This document shows positions 27,307-37,400 of a DNA stretch of 64,000 nt, piece after piece (position 1 is the first letter of the stretch; each line of letters begins with the position of its first letter). The DNA is from a virus. Its lineage: Duplodnaviria; Heunggongvirae; Uroviricota; Caudoviricetes. The notes beneath the pieces are model-generated. The model had not been told where the DNA came from. It ran no database searches and saw only the letters and a program-made list of their open reading frames with translations. Both the position numbers and the translations under genes were made by a program. The stretch is taken from IMG/VR virus record IMGVR_UViG_2675903313_000009, one strand, 5' to 3'.

Positions 27307-30300
27307 CAAGGGAATGTCACAAAACGTAGAGTTTATCCTGTCGCTGGAAGACAAACAGTTTACAGCGTCAATCGATCGTGCGGGGAAACTGCTTACTCGA
27401 TTTGGTGAGCAGGTAACAAAGCCTGCTCAAAAAATCCAAACCTTTGAACGCTCTTTGGGTTCGGTCGCCCGTATCATTGGCGTTCTGGAAAGCAAGCTCG
27501 ATTCTACGGCAGATAAACTACAGGATGTAGCTGCCGGTTTTGAGCTTGCTTCAGATGCTACGCGTAAAATGCGTGGCAACATCACCAGCCTCAATTCTGG
27601 TCTTAAAGCCCTGATTGAGCGCGTCGATACGACAACTTCTTCAGTAGATAAACTCACCGCGTCATTACGTAAAGTGCAATCAGAGCTAAATGATTTCTCT
27701 GATTGGGCGACCTATGCAAGCAAAAGCGCAAGCCGCTTTGGTACGGAGGTCAAAGAAGCCTCTGCGTCCGTGAGTGGCATGAATACGCGCCTTAATACCA
27801 CGACGAAGCGACTCAGTAATTGGGGTGTCACAACGAGTCAGGCTGCCGAGGGACTGAAAAAGGTTCGTGAGCAGATGGACGAAGTTATCGGACGTCAGCA
27901 ACTGATTAGCAAGCCGGTACGCGTTCGTACATCTGGAAGTGGCGATGGTGGCAGCGGGCGGCGTAGCGGCTCTGGCCATAGCGGTAAAAGTAACGAAGGA
28001 GGTATGTTCTCTGGCCTTCGTGGCAACATTTTCCTGCTTGGCGAGATCGGAGATGCAGCCAGAACGGTTACTGACATCATGTTTGGGTGGCAGAAGCCTA
28101 TTGTTGAAGCTGCGGCCGAAATGGAACGTATGCGGGTGATGCTTCGAGGGTTGAATAAGGATAAGCCCAACCCTGGCCAGGCTGCCGCTGATGATATGAA
28201 GTACATCGTAGACATGGCGCAAAATGCGCCGTTCGCGATGCAGGCGTTAACAGACTCCTTCGTGAAGTTTCGTTCTGCTGGCTTAGATCCAACCGATGGT
28301 TCTCTGAAGGCGCTGGTGGACTCCGTTGCTCGTTTTGGTGGTGATAGTGAGCTGTTGAAACGTGCGGCTGTGGCCGTTCAGCAGATGTCCGGTAAGGGCG
28401 TTGTGTCAATGGAAGAGCTACGTCAGCAATTAGGTGAAGCCGTTCCTAACGCGATGCAGGCAATGGCAGACGCCGCAGGCATCACTATGGGGGAACTGAC
28501 TAAAGCCGTTGCCAGCGGTACGGTTGAGGCAAAACAGGCGTTGTCTCTGATGTTTGTTGGTCTGCGTGCGGAGAATGAGAACGCAGCGAAAGACATGATG
28601 CAAACCTACACAGGTGCGCTGGCGCAACTTCAGACGTCATTCACGTTATTTGCTGATCGGGTTGGTCAGGCCGGATATCTGGATTCTCTATCGAAGGGGA
28701 TGAAAGAACTGGCTTCAATCATGAATAGCGCCGAAGGGATTTCGTTTGCCAATTCTTTAGGTTCGGGGTTAACAACGGCAATCGATGGGTTGCGTCAGCT
28801 TGCTCAATGGTTAGCAAAGAACCAAGAGCTGGTAATTAATCTCGGTAAGGTCGTGGCCGCGATGGTTGCGTTCAAACTGATGCGAGCAGGGATCATGGGG
28901 GTAGTTGGCGCAGGCAGCCAGATGGTTAGCACCTTTGCCACGATGGCGACAGCCATACAGACTCCATTTAACCTCGGCGCTACAGCAGCAACCCGATTCA
29001 ATCGTGCGGCACGTATGGGGCTGGCTCCGATCCCCTCTCTTATTTTCGCCATCCGTGGGGCGATTACGGGGCTTAAAGGCGCTTTTGCTGGATTAACGGC
29101 GTTCATTGCAGCAAACCCTATAGGGGCAGCATTTACAGTTGCCACTGTAGCTGTTGCTGGCCTAATCACGTACATGACCATGCTCCGCAGCGAAACTTCA
29201 AAGGTCGTTGACGAGATTAGGAAAATACCAGAAGCGATGACAGCGGCCAAACGTGCACAGATGGCGGAGTATAAAGCGCGTCTTGAGCAACAAATCACGC
29301 AAAAGGAACAAGAGTTAAAATCTGGCGAAAAGGTGGTTTATGGGCCGGGTATGGCCGGAACTACAGTAAAGATTAATCAGGATGAACGTAAGCGTATAGA
29401 AAATGAGCTAAATGACCTTCGTAAGAAACGCGATAAAACTACTGGGGCAATTGAACGCGGAGACATTGCTGTAGCCAAACGTCTTGCAAAAGATGCGGCA
29501 GAATCACAGATAGAGAAAATACGGGAAGAGAATAGAGACTTTGCGGCAACATTCGTGAAAGCCCGGCAGGAGGCTCTGGATAAGATCCAGAAAATCAATG
29601 ATGACGGTTCACTTTCAGATGACGAAAAGAACAAGCTATTGGCACCGTTACGTGAAACGGTAAACAAAAGCTATCTGGAGCCTGCGCAAAAACTGGTTGA
29701 TTCACTTTCTTCTCGTAAGAATGCTGTCGAGGGGCAAATAGCCACTCTTAATGATCAGCTTGAAAAAGCGAAAAAGGAAGGAAACACCGAGCAGATCAAG
29801 AAACTGCAAGGCAGTATTCGTGGTTATCAGGAGAATTTGGAAGTCGTCGCTCAGGAACTGACTCAGGCAGAGTTCGAGAGAGATAACGCTGCCAAAACTG
29901 GTAAGGGCGTAATGTCAAACCAGGGGACTGTTCTGGGGTTAGGTACAACTGATAAAGCTGCTCAGAAGGCGCTGGCGCAATATATGCGAAACCAGATGGA
30001 TTCTGCGACTTATCAGCGTACTCTGCCTGACGGCACTCCGATGATGGACTTCGAAGGTAAGCCGATTATTGGGCCTAAACAACTCAAGACGCAGCTTAAT
30101 TTGCAGAAAGCATCCAGCGCCAGCTCTCTGGAGAAAATGAGCGATGAAGAGCGTGCCGCAGCCATTGCTGCACTAACTAAAGCTCGTGAACAGGATGCAG
30201 CAGCTGCCGAGAAAGCAGCCCAACGATCAGCTAACGCCTCGCAGCGTGCGGCCAAGAAGGAACAGGCAGCGCAACAGAAACTGGCAGCCGGATACCAGAA

Positions 30301-31870
30301 GGCTCTGGACAAAGCCGATCAGCTTATGGGGCAAATGGGTGAAAGCTCTAAGGCTACGGTATCGTTTGATCAGTCTCTTCGCGATACAACGAAATCGCTG
30401 TCAGATTTGGCTAATGCGGTTCCTAACGAGTTCATCACTCAAGAGATGATCGACAAGGCGAAAAAACGTCTTGAAGACCTCAAAAATGCGACACCTGAAT
30501 ATCGCGAGATGTTTAATCGCCGCAATGTTGAGCAGATGATCTCCACTTGGGCACCGGAGGCGGATTCCATTATTAGTGCTGGCTATACGCCGTCTCGCGA
30601 AGAGAAAGTTGCTGATTTCGAAGACACCTACAACCGCAATCTCAAAGCGTTGATAGAACTTCGTGATAAGGCGTCTGATCCTAAAGTTGTGGCGCTTTAT
30701 ACAAAGAAAATCAATCAACTGATTGCTGCTGGCAATACCGCGCTCATTAAAGAGACGGGGACTGCGACGCAGAAGTTGGCACTGGAATACGAAAACTTGG
30801 CAGAGCAGATCGAAAGCACCTGGACTGATTTGTTTAGTGGCTTAACTGATGTCCTGACTGATTTCGTTATTAACGGGAAGATGAGCTTCTCCAGCCTATC
30901 TCAGTCCATTTTGAAAGATATCACCAATATGGTCGTGAAGTCGCAGATCACGCTGCCTCTAATGAACATGTTGGGGATGGGAACCACCGCAGCTGGTAGT
31001 TCACAGAGTGGTAATTTGCTGACCGGGGTTGCTTCCGCCGTTGCCAATCAAGGGGTACGAATGGGCAACACTGTTAACGGCGACAAGTCGGTAGGAGAAG
31101 CCACGAAGGAGACGTCCAGTTCGGTAACTGGATTGGGGCAAACAACACAGCAGACCACTAGCGCAATTGGCACTGCAACAAATGCGATTGGTAGCTGGGT
31201 ATCAGGGCTATTTGATAGCACTGAAGCCAAAGATGCCGAGACAAAAGCCGTGAAGGACTCCATCTTCTCGATGCAGAACCTCAGCTCTGTTACCGGCGCG
31301 CTGTCTGCCGCGTTTGCAATGCTTGGAGCTAATGCTTCCGGCTCTGGTAATAAGTGGTTGAGTTTTGGAGCAACGGTTGCATCTGGTCTTGTTTCAGCTT
31401 GGGCTGGCGGTGGTTTCGACAGCGTGACATCAAGCTCTGCTAAAACCGCAACCAGCAGTGTGGCTGACGGAACTAAAGGCATTCCTGCAATCCCGAAGTT
31501 TGCAAATGGAGGAATATTCGGAAAAGACGGCGTGATCCCACTCCGGGCATACCAGAAAGGCGGTATTGCTAACTCGCCTCAATTAGCGTTATTTGGGGAA
31601 GGTTCTATGAATGAGGCGTATGTTCCATTGCCTGATGGTCGAACAATCCCTGTAACGCTCAGTACCGATGGTATGAGTGGAGGAGGAAATGTTCTTTCTC
31701 CGGTATCAATTGAGATCAACGTCCATAGTGACGGTAGCACAACTGAATCCGGCGATACAGAAAGCATATGGAACAATGCCGCTCAACGGATGAAAGCAAT
31801 CGTGCTTGAGACTATCGCTCAAGAGAAACGCCCTGGCGGATCACTCAACCCAAACACTCAACGTAACTAA
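27293..31870 (+). CDS. Tail tape measure protein
   Basis: 1525-aa ORF, helical N-terminal two-thirds, Gly/Ser-rich C-terminus; start may be ATG 27314. Confidence 0.9.
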   Translation: MAEDDKGMSQNVEFILSLEDKQFTASIDRAGKLLTRFGEQVTKPAQKIQTFERSLGSVARIIGVLESKLDSTADKLQDVAAGFELASDATRKMRGNITSLNSGLKALIERVDTTTSSVDKLTASLRKVQSELNDFSDWATYASKSASRFGTEVKEASASVSGMNTRLNTTTKRLSNWGVTTSQAAEGLKKVREQMDEVIGRQQLISKPVRVRTSGSGDGGSGRRSGSGHSGKSNEGGMFSGLRGNIFLLGEIGDAARTVTDIMFGWQKPIVEAAAEMERMRVMLRGLNKDKPNPGQAAADDMKYIVDMAQNAPFAMQALTDSFVKFRSAGLDPTDGSLKALVDSVARFGGDSELLKRAAVAVQQMSGKGVVSMEELRQQLGEAVPNAMQAMADAAGITMGELTKAVASGTVEAKQALSLMFVGLRAENENAAKDMMQTYTGALAQLQTSFTLFADRVGQAGYLDSLSKGMKELASIMNSAEGISFANSLGSGLTTAIDGLRQLAQWLAKNQELVINLGKVVAAMVAFKLMRAGIMGVVGAGSQMVSTFATMATAIQTPFNLGATAATRFNRAARMGLAPIPSLIFAIRGAITGLKGAFAGLTAFIAANPIGAAFTVATVAVAGLITYMTMLRSETSKVVDEIRKIPEAMTAAKRAQMAEYKARLEQQITQKEQELKSGEKVVYGPGMAGTTVKINQDERKRIENELNDLRKKRDKTTGAIERGDIAVAKRLAKDAAESQIEKIREENRDFAATFVKARQEALDKIQKINDDGSLSDDEKNKLLAPLRETVNKSYLEPAQKLVDSLSSRKNAVEGQIATLNDQLEKAKKEGNTEQIKKLQGSIRGYQENLEVVAQELTQAEFERDNAAKTGKGVMSNQGTVLGLGTTDKAAQKALAQYMRNQMDSATYQRTLPDGTPMMDFEGKPIIGPKQLKTQLNLQKASSASSLEKMSDEERAAAIAALTKAREQDAAAAEKAAQRSANASQRAAKKEQAAQQKLAAGYQKALDKADQLMGQMGESSKATVSFDQSLRDTTKSLSDLANAVPNEFITQEMIDKAKKRLEDLKNATPEYREMFNRRNVEQMISTWAPEADSIISAGYTPSREEKVADFEDTYNRNLKALIELRDKASDPKVVALYTKKINQLIAAGNTALIKETGTATQKLALEYENLAEQIESTWTDLFSGLTDVLTDFVINGKMSFSSLSQSILKDITNMVVKSQITLPLMNMLGMGTTAAGSSQSGNLLTGVASAVANQGVRMGNTVNGDKSVGEATKETSSSVTGLGQTTQQTTSAIGTATNAIGSWVSGLFDSTEAKDAETKAVKDSIFSMQNLSSVTGALSAAFAMLGANASGSGNKWLSFGATVASGLVSAWAGGGFDSVTSSSAKTATSSVADGTKGIPAIPKFANGGIFGKDGVIPLRAYQKGGIANSPQLALFGEGSMNEAYVPLPDGRTIPVTLSTDGMSGGGNVLSPVSIEINVHSDGSTTESGDTESIWNNAAQRMKAIVLETIAQEKRPGGSLNPNTQRN

Positions 31871-31877
31871 CTCTCGA

Positions 31878-31895
31878 CTGCCCCGGTCGGGGCAG
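31878..31895 (+). terminator. Hairpin after tape measure gene
   Basis: Stem ctgcccc/ggggcag. Confidence 0.45.
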
Positions 31896-31912
31896 TCTCA
31901 CAAGGATGTGAG

Positions 31913-32248
31913 ATGGAAAGACAAACGTTTAATTGGTATCCAGATTACGAATCTGAAAAGAGCGTAAAACCGAATGTAACGGTACTTAATTTTGGTGATG
32001 ACTACGAGCAGCGACAGGCTCAAGGTCTTAATCGTATTAAAGAAGAATGGTCGTTAACCTTTACCAGATCATACAACGAAATTAATGCAATCGATGACTT
32101 CCTGACTGAGCGATCAGGCGTTGAATCGTTCTATTGGGTTAATCCAAGAGGCAAGCAGATTGTAGTTGTATGTGACAGTCATACGGTCAAGCGATATCAG
32201 GGGTACTGTGTCTTAACTGCTACATTCAGACAAGTATTTGAGGCTTAA
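31913..32248 (+). CDS. Minor tail protein (lambda M-like position)
   Basis: 111-aa ORF immediately after tape measure. Confidence 0.65.
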   Translation: MERQTFNWYPDYESEKSVKPNVTVLNFGDDYEQRQAQGLNRIKEEWSLTFTRSYNEINAIDDFLTERSGVESFYWVNPRGKQIVVVCDSHTVKRYQGYCVLTATFRQVFEA

Positions 32249-32255
32249 GTATCTG

Positions 32256-32280
32256 GATAAGTAAGTACTAATTTACTATC
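32256..32280. promoter_or_regulatory. GATAAGTAAGTA motif copy
   Basis: gataagtaagtactaatttactatc. Confidence 0.35.
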
Positions 32281-32330
32281 ATTGTGGCGCTGACAGGATG
32301 TTAGCGCCTACTTATTTCAAGGATGAAACA

Positions 32331-33029
32331 ATGGGAATTAAAGCTGATATTCAGAGCTTATCTCCCTCTGCACTCATTGAGTTGTTCGTACTGGATATGT
32401 CGAACACAACTTCAGGGGGGAAGCTATTCTTCCACGCCGGAACAAACGAACTGATGCAACCGGTCGTCTGGCAAGGAGTGACATACGAGCCGTGGCCAAT
32501 CAAAGCATCAGGCTTTGACAAAACTGGCCAGGGAACGTTGCCACGTCCAAAAATTCAGGTATCGAACTTTGCCGGAACCGTCTCTGCGGAAGTTCAGGCG
32601 AACGACGATCTTGTTGGCTGCCGCATTATTCGCAAGATGACGCTGGCTCGCTTCCTCGATGCCGTTAATTTTAAAGACGGCAACCCAACAGCAGATCCAA
32701 ACCAACATTTCCCGGATGAAATGTGGTTTATCGAACAGAAAACTCTCGAAACTCATCAGGTTGTCGAGTTTGAATTGTCCAGTGTGTTCGATTTGATGGG
32801 GGTGCAACTGCCGTATCGTCAGATCATTAAAAACACCTGCCCGTGGAAATACCGAGGGCCAGAATGCGGCTATACCGGTCCATATTTCGACAAAAATAAC
32901 CAGCAGACGTCTATGTCTGGTGCTGATTACTGCACAAAACGTTATGACGCCTGTAATGCGCGTCGGAATTATTTTGCCAACGGAGTGATCCATTTTGGCG
33001 GGTTTATTGGAGCTACGCGATATGGGTAA
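32331..33029 (+). CDS. Minor tail protein (lambda L-like position)
   Basis: Gene order; start set at ATG 32331. Confidence 0.65.
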   Translation: MGIKADIQSLSPSALIELFVLDMSNTTSGGKLFFHAGTNELMQPVVWQGVTYEPWPIKASGFDKTGQGTLPRPKIQVSNFAGTVSAEVQANDDLVGCRIIRKMTLARFLDAVNFKDGNPTADPNQHFPDEMWFIEQKTLETHQVVEFELSSVFDLMGVQLPYRQIIKNTCPWKYRGPECGYTGPYFDKNNQQTSMSGADYCTKRYDACNARRNYFANGVIHFGGFIGATRYG

Positions 33030-33819
33030 TAAAGCAATCCCTGAGCTTGGCTCTGATGTTATGCAGCAAATCTATCTCTGCGCCATAAATCGCTACCCTA
33101 ATGAAGCGTGTGGCTTTCTGGTGAGAACTAATGGCGACAAATATCGCTTTATGGAAGCGCGAAATGTTTCGGAGAACCCGCAGAACACTTTTGTAATGCA
33201 CGTTGACGACATTATGGCGGCAGAGGATGCGGGTGATGTTATCGCAATCTGGCATTCACATACTGATGAATCAGCAGAAGCATCTGATGCCGATCGTGCA
33301 GGCTGCGAAGCGACGGAAGTTCCGTGGATGATTCTGGCTATTCGCAAGAATGTTGAGGGAGATGCCCCTTTCCATTTTAGCGAGATGAATGTGATCACAC
33401 CTGATGGTTTCGAAATGCCATACCTGGGTAGACCGTATGTATTTGGCGTATTCGATTGCTGGATGTTGTGTCGGGACTATTTGAAGCGTGAGTTTAACGT
33501 CGAACTAAACCCGAACGCACACCTGCATATTCCATCGTGGTACACCGGCGATAACGACATTCTCGATCAGAACTACCGTAACGAGGGATTGGTGCGTCTT
33601 GCGCCCGGAACAGAGCCTCAACGTGGGGACATCTTCTTTATCCAATACGGGAAAATGCCTGACCACTGCGCGGTTTATATCGGCGATGGAATGATTCTTC
33701 ATCACCAGATCGACCGCCTTAGTTGTCGTGCTTATTACGGCGGGATGTATCAGAAACATACGACGCATCACTTGCGTCACAGAGACTTGCTCAAGGGAGA
33801 TGAGACGTGTCTGAGTTAG
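33022..33819 (+). CDS. Tail assembly protein K-like (JAB/MPN plus NlpC/P60-like)
   Basis: AIWHSHTD metal-binding-like motif; conserved Cys/His in C-terminal half; gene order. Confidence 0.75.
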   Translation: MGNKAIPELGSDVMQQIYLCAINRYPNEACGFLVRTNGDKYRFMEARNVSENPQNTFVMHVDDIMAAEDAGDVIAIWHSHTDESAEASDADRAGCEATEVPWMILAIRKNVEGDAPFHFSEMNVITPDGFEMPYLGRPYVFGVFDCWMLCRDYLKREFNVELNPNAHLHIPSWYTGDNDILDQNYRNEGLVRLAPGTEPQRGDIFFIQYGKMPDHCAVYIGDGMILHHQIDRLSCRAYYGGMYQKHTTHHLRHRDLLKGDETCLS

Positions 33820-34400
33820 TTCATGTGCAGCTTGGCGGCCCTATGGCCAAACATTTTGGCCGCCACTGGCATCTAAAGGTGCGCAATACAAAACAGGCTC
33901 TGGATTTAATTGAGGCCAACAAGCCTGGGTTTAAAGCATGGATGAAGCGCAACATCAAAACCTATGACAGATACCACATCCAGATCACCAATAAACAGGG
34001 CCACAAGTGGTCTGTGGACGAGAGTGAATATCAGATGATGGGGCAGTCTGACAACATAGCCAAAATCCGCATTACCCCTGTTCCGCGAGGAAGCGGCGGT
34101 TCTGCTTTTGGGTGGTTTCAGACGGTAGTAGGAGCCGCTTTGTTGGTTGTATCGGCGGTAATGATGCCCGCTCTTGCGCCTCTCGGTTTGTCACTGATGA
34201 TGGGCGGTATAGCGCAAATCATATCTCCGCAAGCCACTAACGAAAGTGTGAGGCAGGCGGATAACTCGAACTCTTATTACTTTGATGGACCTCAAAACAC
34301 AACAAACCAGGGGAACCCTGTACAGCTTATCTATGGCGAGGAAATTTTAGTTGGCTCACAGGTCGTGAGTTCTTCTATCACCATCGATCAGCTTATGTAA
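33807..34400 (+). CDS. Tail assembly protein I-like
   Basis: C-terminal hydrophobic segment; position before J-like gene. Confidence 0.65.
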   Translation: MSELVHVQLGGPMAKHFGRHWHLKVRNTKQALDLIEANKPGFKAWMKRNIKTYDRYHIQITNKQGHKWSVDESEYQMMGQSDNIAKIRITPVPRGSGGSAFGWFQTVVGAALLVVSAVMMPALAPLGLSLMMGGIAQIISPQATNESVRQADNSNSYYFDGPQNTTNQGNPVQLIYGEEILVGSQVVSSSITIDQLM

Positions 34401-34411
34401 TCAAGGATTTT

Positions 34412-37400
34412 TTGGACATGGAACAGTTCAAGAAGAAAAAATTACCGCTTCTTATTGCCGGTGCTGGTGGCAAGAAAAGTAAAAGCTCCAGCCGTACCCC
34501 GGTTGAAGCTGATGATACTGTCAATTCTCGTGCTATGGCAGCCATCCTCGACCTTCTTGGCGAGGGGGTTATCGGTGGCCTGGTAAATGGCGCAAAGTCG
34601 ATCTTCATCGACGATTTACCGATCTTGAATGAAGATGGCTCTTCCAACTTCAGCGGTATTACATGGGATTTTCGTGACGGCTCACAAGACCAGACGCCAA
34701 TGGCTGGTTTTGATTTTGTTGAAACGCCTAAGTCCGTAAATATTCAGCTTAAAAAAACACACGACGTTACGGTTTCAATCGATAACGATGAAGCTGATCG
34801 CGTTCGTGTCATCATGAAATTCCCCTCTTTACGTAGCGTTGATAAAAGCTCTGGCGATACAAATGGCACTACGGTGAAGTACAAATTCCAGATCGCCAAC
34901 GCAGACGCAACATTTTCTGATGTAGTGGCAGAAGGTGAGAAAAGCGTTGATATCACGCTAACGGCAAAGAAAACCGGCGTGTATTACCGTAGCCATGAGC
35001 TGAAACTGCCTAAGCCTGGTCGTGCATACAAGGTTAGGGTGATTCGTCTTACAGATGATAATAGTAGCCAGTACCTCTACAACGACACATGGGTTGATTC
35101 CATCGGTGAGATTGTCGACACGCCAATGAACTACCCTAACTCTGCTCTTGTTGGCTTGAAGGTCAATTCAGAGCAGTTTGGTAGCACAATGCCTTCCCGT
35201 TCGTATTTGGTGCGCGGTATCAAAATCCGAGTACCGTCAAACTACAACGAATACACCAATACTTATGTCGGCGTATGGGACGGTACTTTTAAGCTGTTGT
35301 CTTCTTCAAACCCTGCGTGGATTCTCTACGATTTGCTTACCAATACTCGGTATGGTCTTGGGCAATTTGTGTCGGAATCCATGATTGACCTCGGCCAGCT
35401 CTACCAGATTGGTCGATATTGTGACGAAGAGGTCGATGATGGCTTTGGGGGTAAAGAGAAACGCTTTGCAATCAATACGCAGATCACCAGTCGACAAGAC
35501 GCATACCGATTAATTCAGGATATTGCCGGTGCATTCCGCGGCATGGTGTTTTGGGCTGGTGGCATGGTTAACATCATGCAGGATAGCCCATCAGATCCGG
35601 TAATGATGTTTACCAACTCCAACGTCAAAGATGGACTGTTTACCTATAAAGGTTCTGCGCGTAAAGATCGCCCATCCGTTGCGCTCGTAACCTACAACAA
35701 CAAGGAGGACGGTTATAAGCAAAATATCGAGTACGTTGAAGATCAGGACGCAATGCGCCGTTATGGTGAGCGTAAAACAGAAGTCGTAGCATTTGGATGT
35801 ACAAGCCGAGGCCAGGCTCACCGAGTTGGTTTGTGGCTTTTGTATACCGCCAGAATGGAGTCGGATGTAATTACATTTACTGCCGGCTTAGACGCCTCAT
35901 TTCTGATGCCCGGTGAAACCGTTCTGATTCAGAACAAATATCGTGCAGGTAAACGTAACTCCGGTCGAATTGTGGAGTTTACCAAAAACAGCATCACTCT
36001 CGATGCGCCTGTGTCGTTAGCTAAAAGCGGCAGCTTTATTCGGATATTGAATCAGGAAGGCAAAATCGTTGAACGCGATGTTCTTGAAACTGGCGAAAAC
36101 ATAACAAAGGTTACGTTTTCAAAAGCCCTGTCGTCAGCGGAAACGCCTGTTTTGAACGGTGTCTGGACAATTACAGAACCAGATCTCGAACCTATGCGCG
36201 TTCGCATCGTTAACATCGCGCAGGGGGAAACGCCGGGTAGCTTTGACATCACCGCTGTTGAGAACAATCCGTCTAAATATGAGGCAATCGACAATGGTGC
36301 AACGCTGATCCCGCAGAATACGACGGTATTGGACCCAACTTACTCCAAGCCATCTAATCTGCAAATCACTGAAGGGACTTATCTCTCAAGCCCGGGCAAC
36401 CTGTCAGTAAAACTGACTGCAACATGGGAAGGAAAATCTCCAGAGTATTGGATCAGTTGGCGACGTTCTGATGAAAACAATGTATCGAACTGGCAATCGG
36501 CGCGTGTAACCGAAGAGCAATACGAAATCGTTAATGTCGCGGAGAATGGACGCTACGACTTCCAGCTGTATGCGGTTTCATTCAACGGTAAAAAAACAGA
36601 GATTATCAGTACCGTTTATCAGGTGTTGGGCACAATGACACCGCCGGATGCCCCAACGTCATTAACGGCCGTTGGAGACTATCGTAATGTGATACTGAAT
36701 TGGGTTAATCCAGATTCGGTAGACCTTGATCACATTAATGTTTACGCATCCCAGACCAACAATCTGGATACGGCGAAACTGATCGCAGAGTCTGCAAGCA
36801 CCACCTTTACACATGCTGGTCTTGGGGATAGCGAAACGTGGTATTACTGGGTTCGAGCATCGAACAAGCGAGGTATGTTAAGTCCTCCGAACTCAAACTT
36901 GGGTACAGAGGCGGCAACTCGCGATGTACTGTCGTTCCTGACTGGCAAAATTACATCTTCCGAGCTTGGTCAGGCTCTGCTTGAGGACATCAACAGCAAA
37001 GCCTCTCAAGAAGCAGTTGACGAGTTAAATGAGCATATCAACCAGAGCGTCGAATCTTTGGAGGGGGCGGTAAACGACGTTAAGGAAGATATAGCTGAAT
37101 TAGATAAGCAGTTCAGCGATAACCTCGCGAATTTTGAAATAAAATTCAACGAGCGTAGCGATGCTTTGGAGAACGCACAAACCGAGCTTAAAGGTGAGGT
37201 TTCGGCAACGATCGACAAGGTCAATGAAGCGTTTGAAAAAATTGATGCTACTGATGCTGCAATTGTTGAAATCGAAAACACCGTATCTGAACACGATAAA
37301 GCTCTCGCTAATACAGTCGAGGCAATAAAGGCTGCAAGAGATGAAGCGGCGGCTCTTATTGCTAAGGAAAGCGAGGCTCGTGTTGAAGGCGATGCTGCAA

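Noticed and set aside
27427-31776. Multiple minus-strand ORFs inside the tape measure gene
   Set aside because: Embedded in a long, well-supported + strand CDS; Ala/Ser/Arg-rich translations reflect the complement of a GC-rich coding frame.
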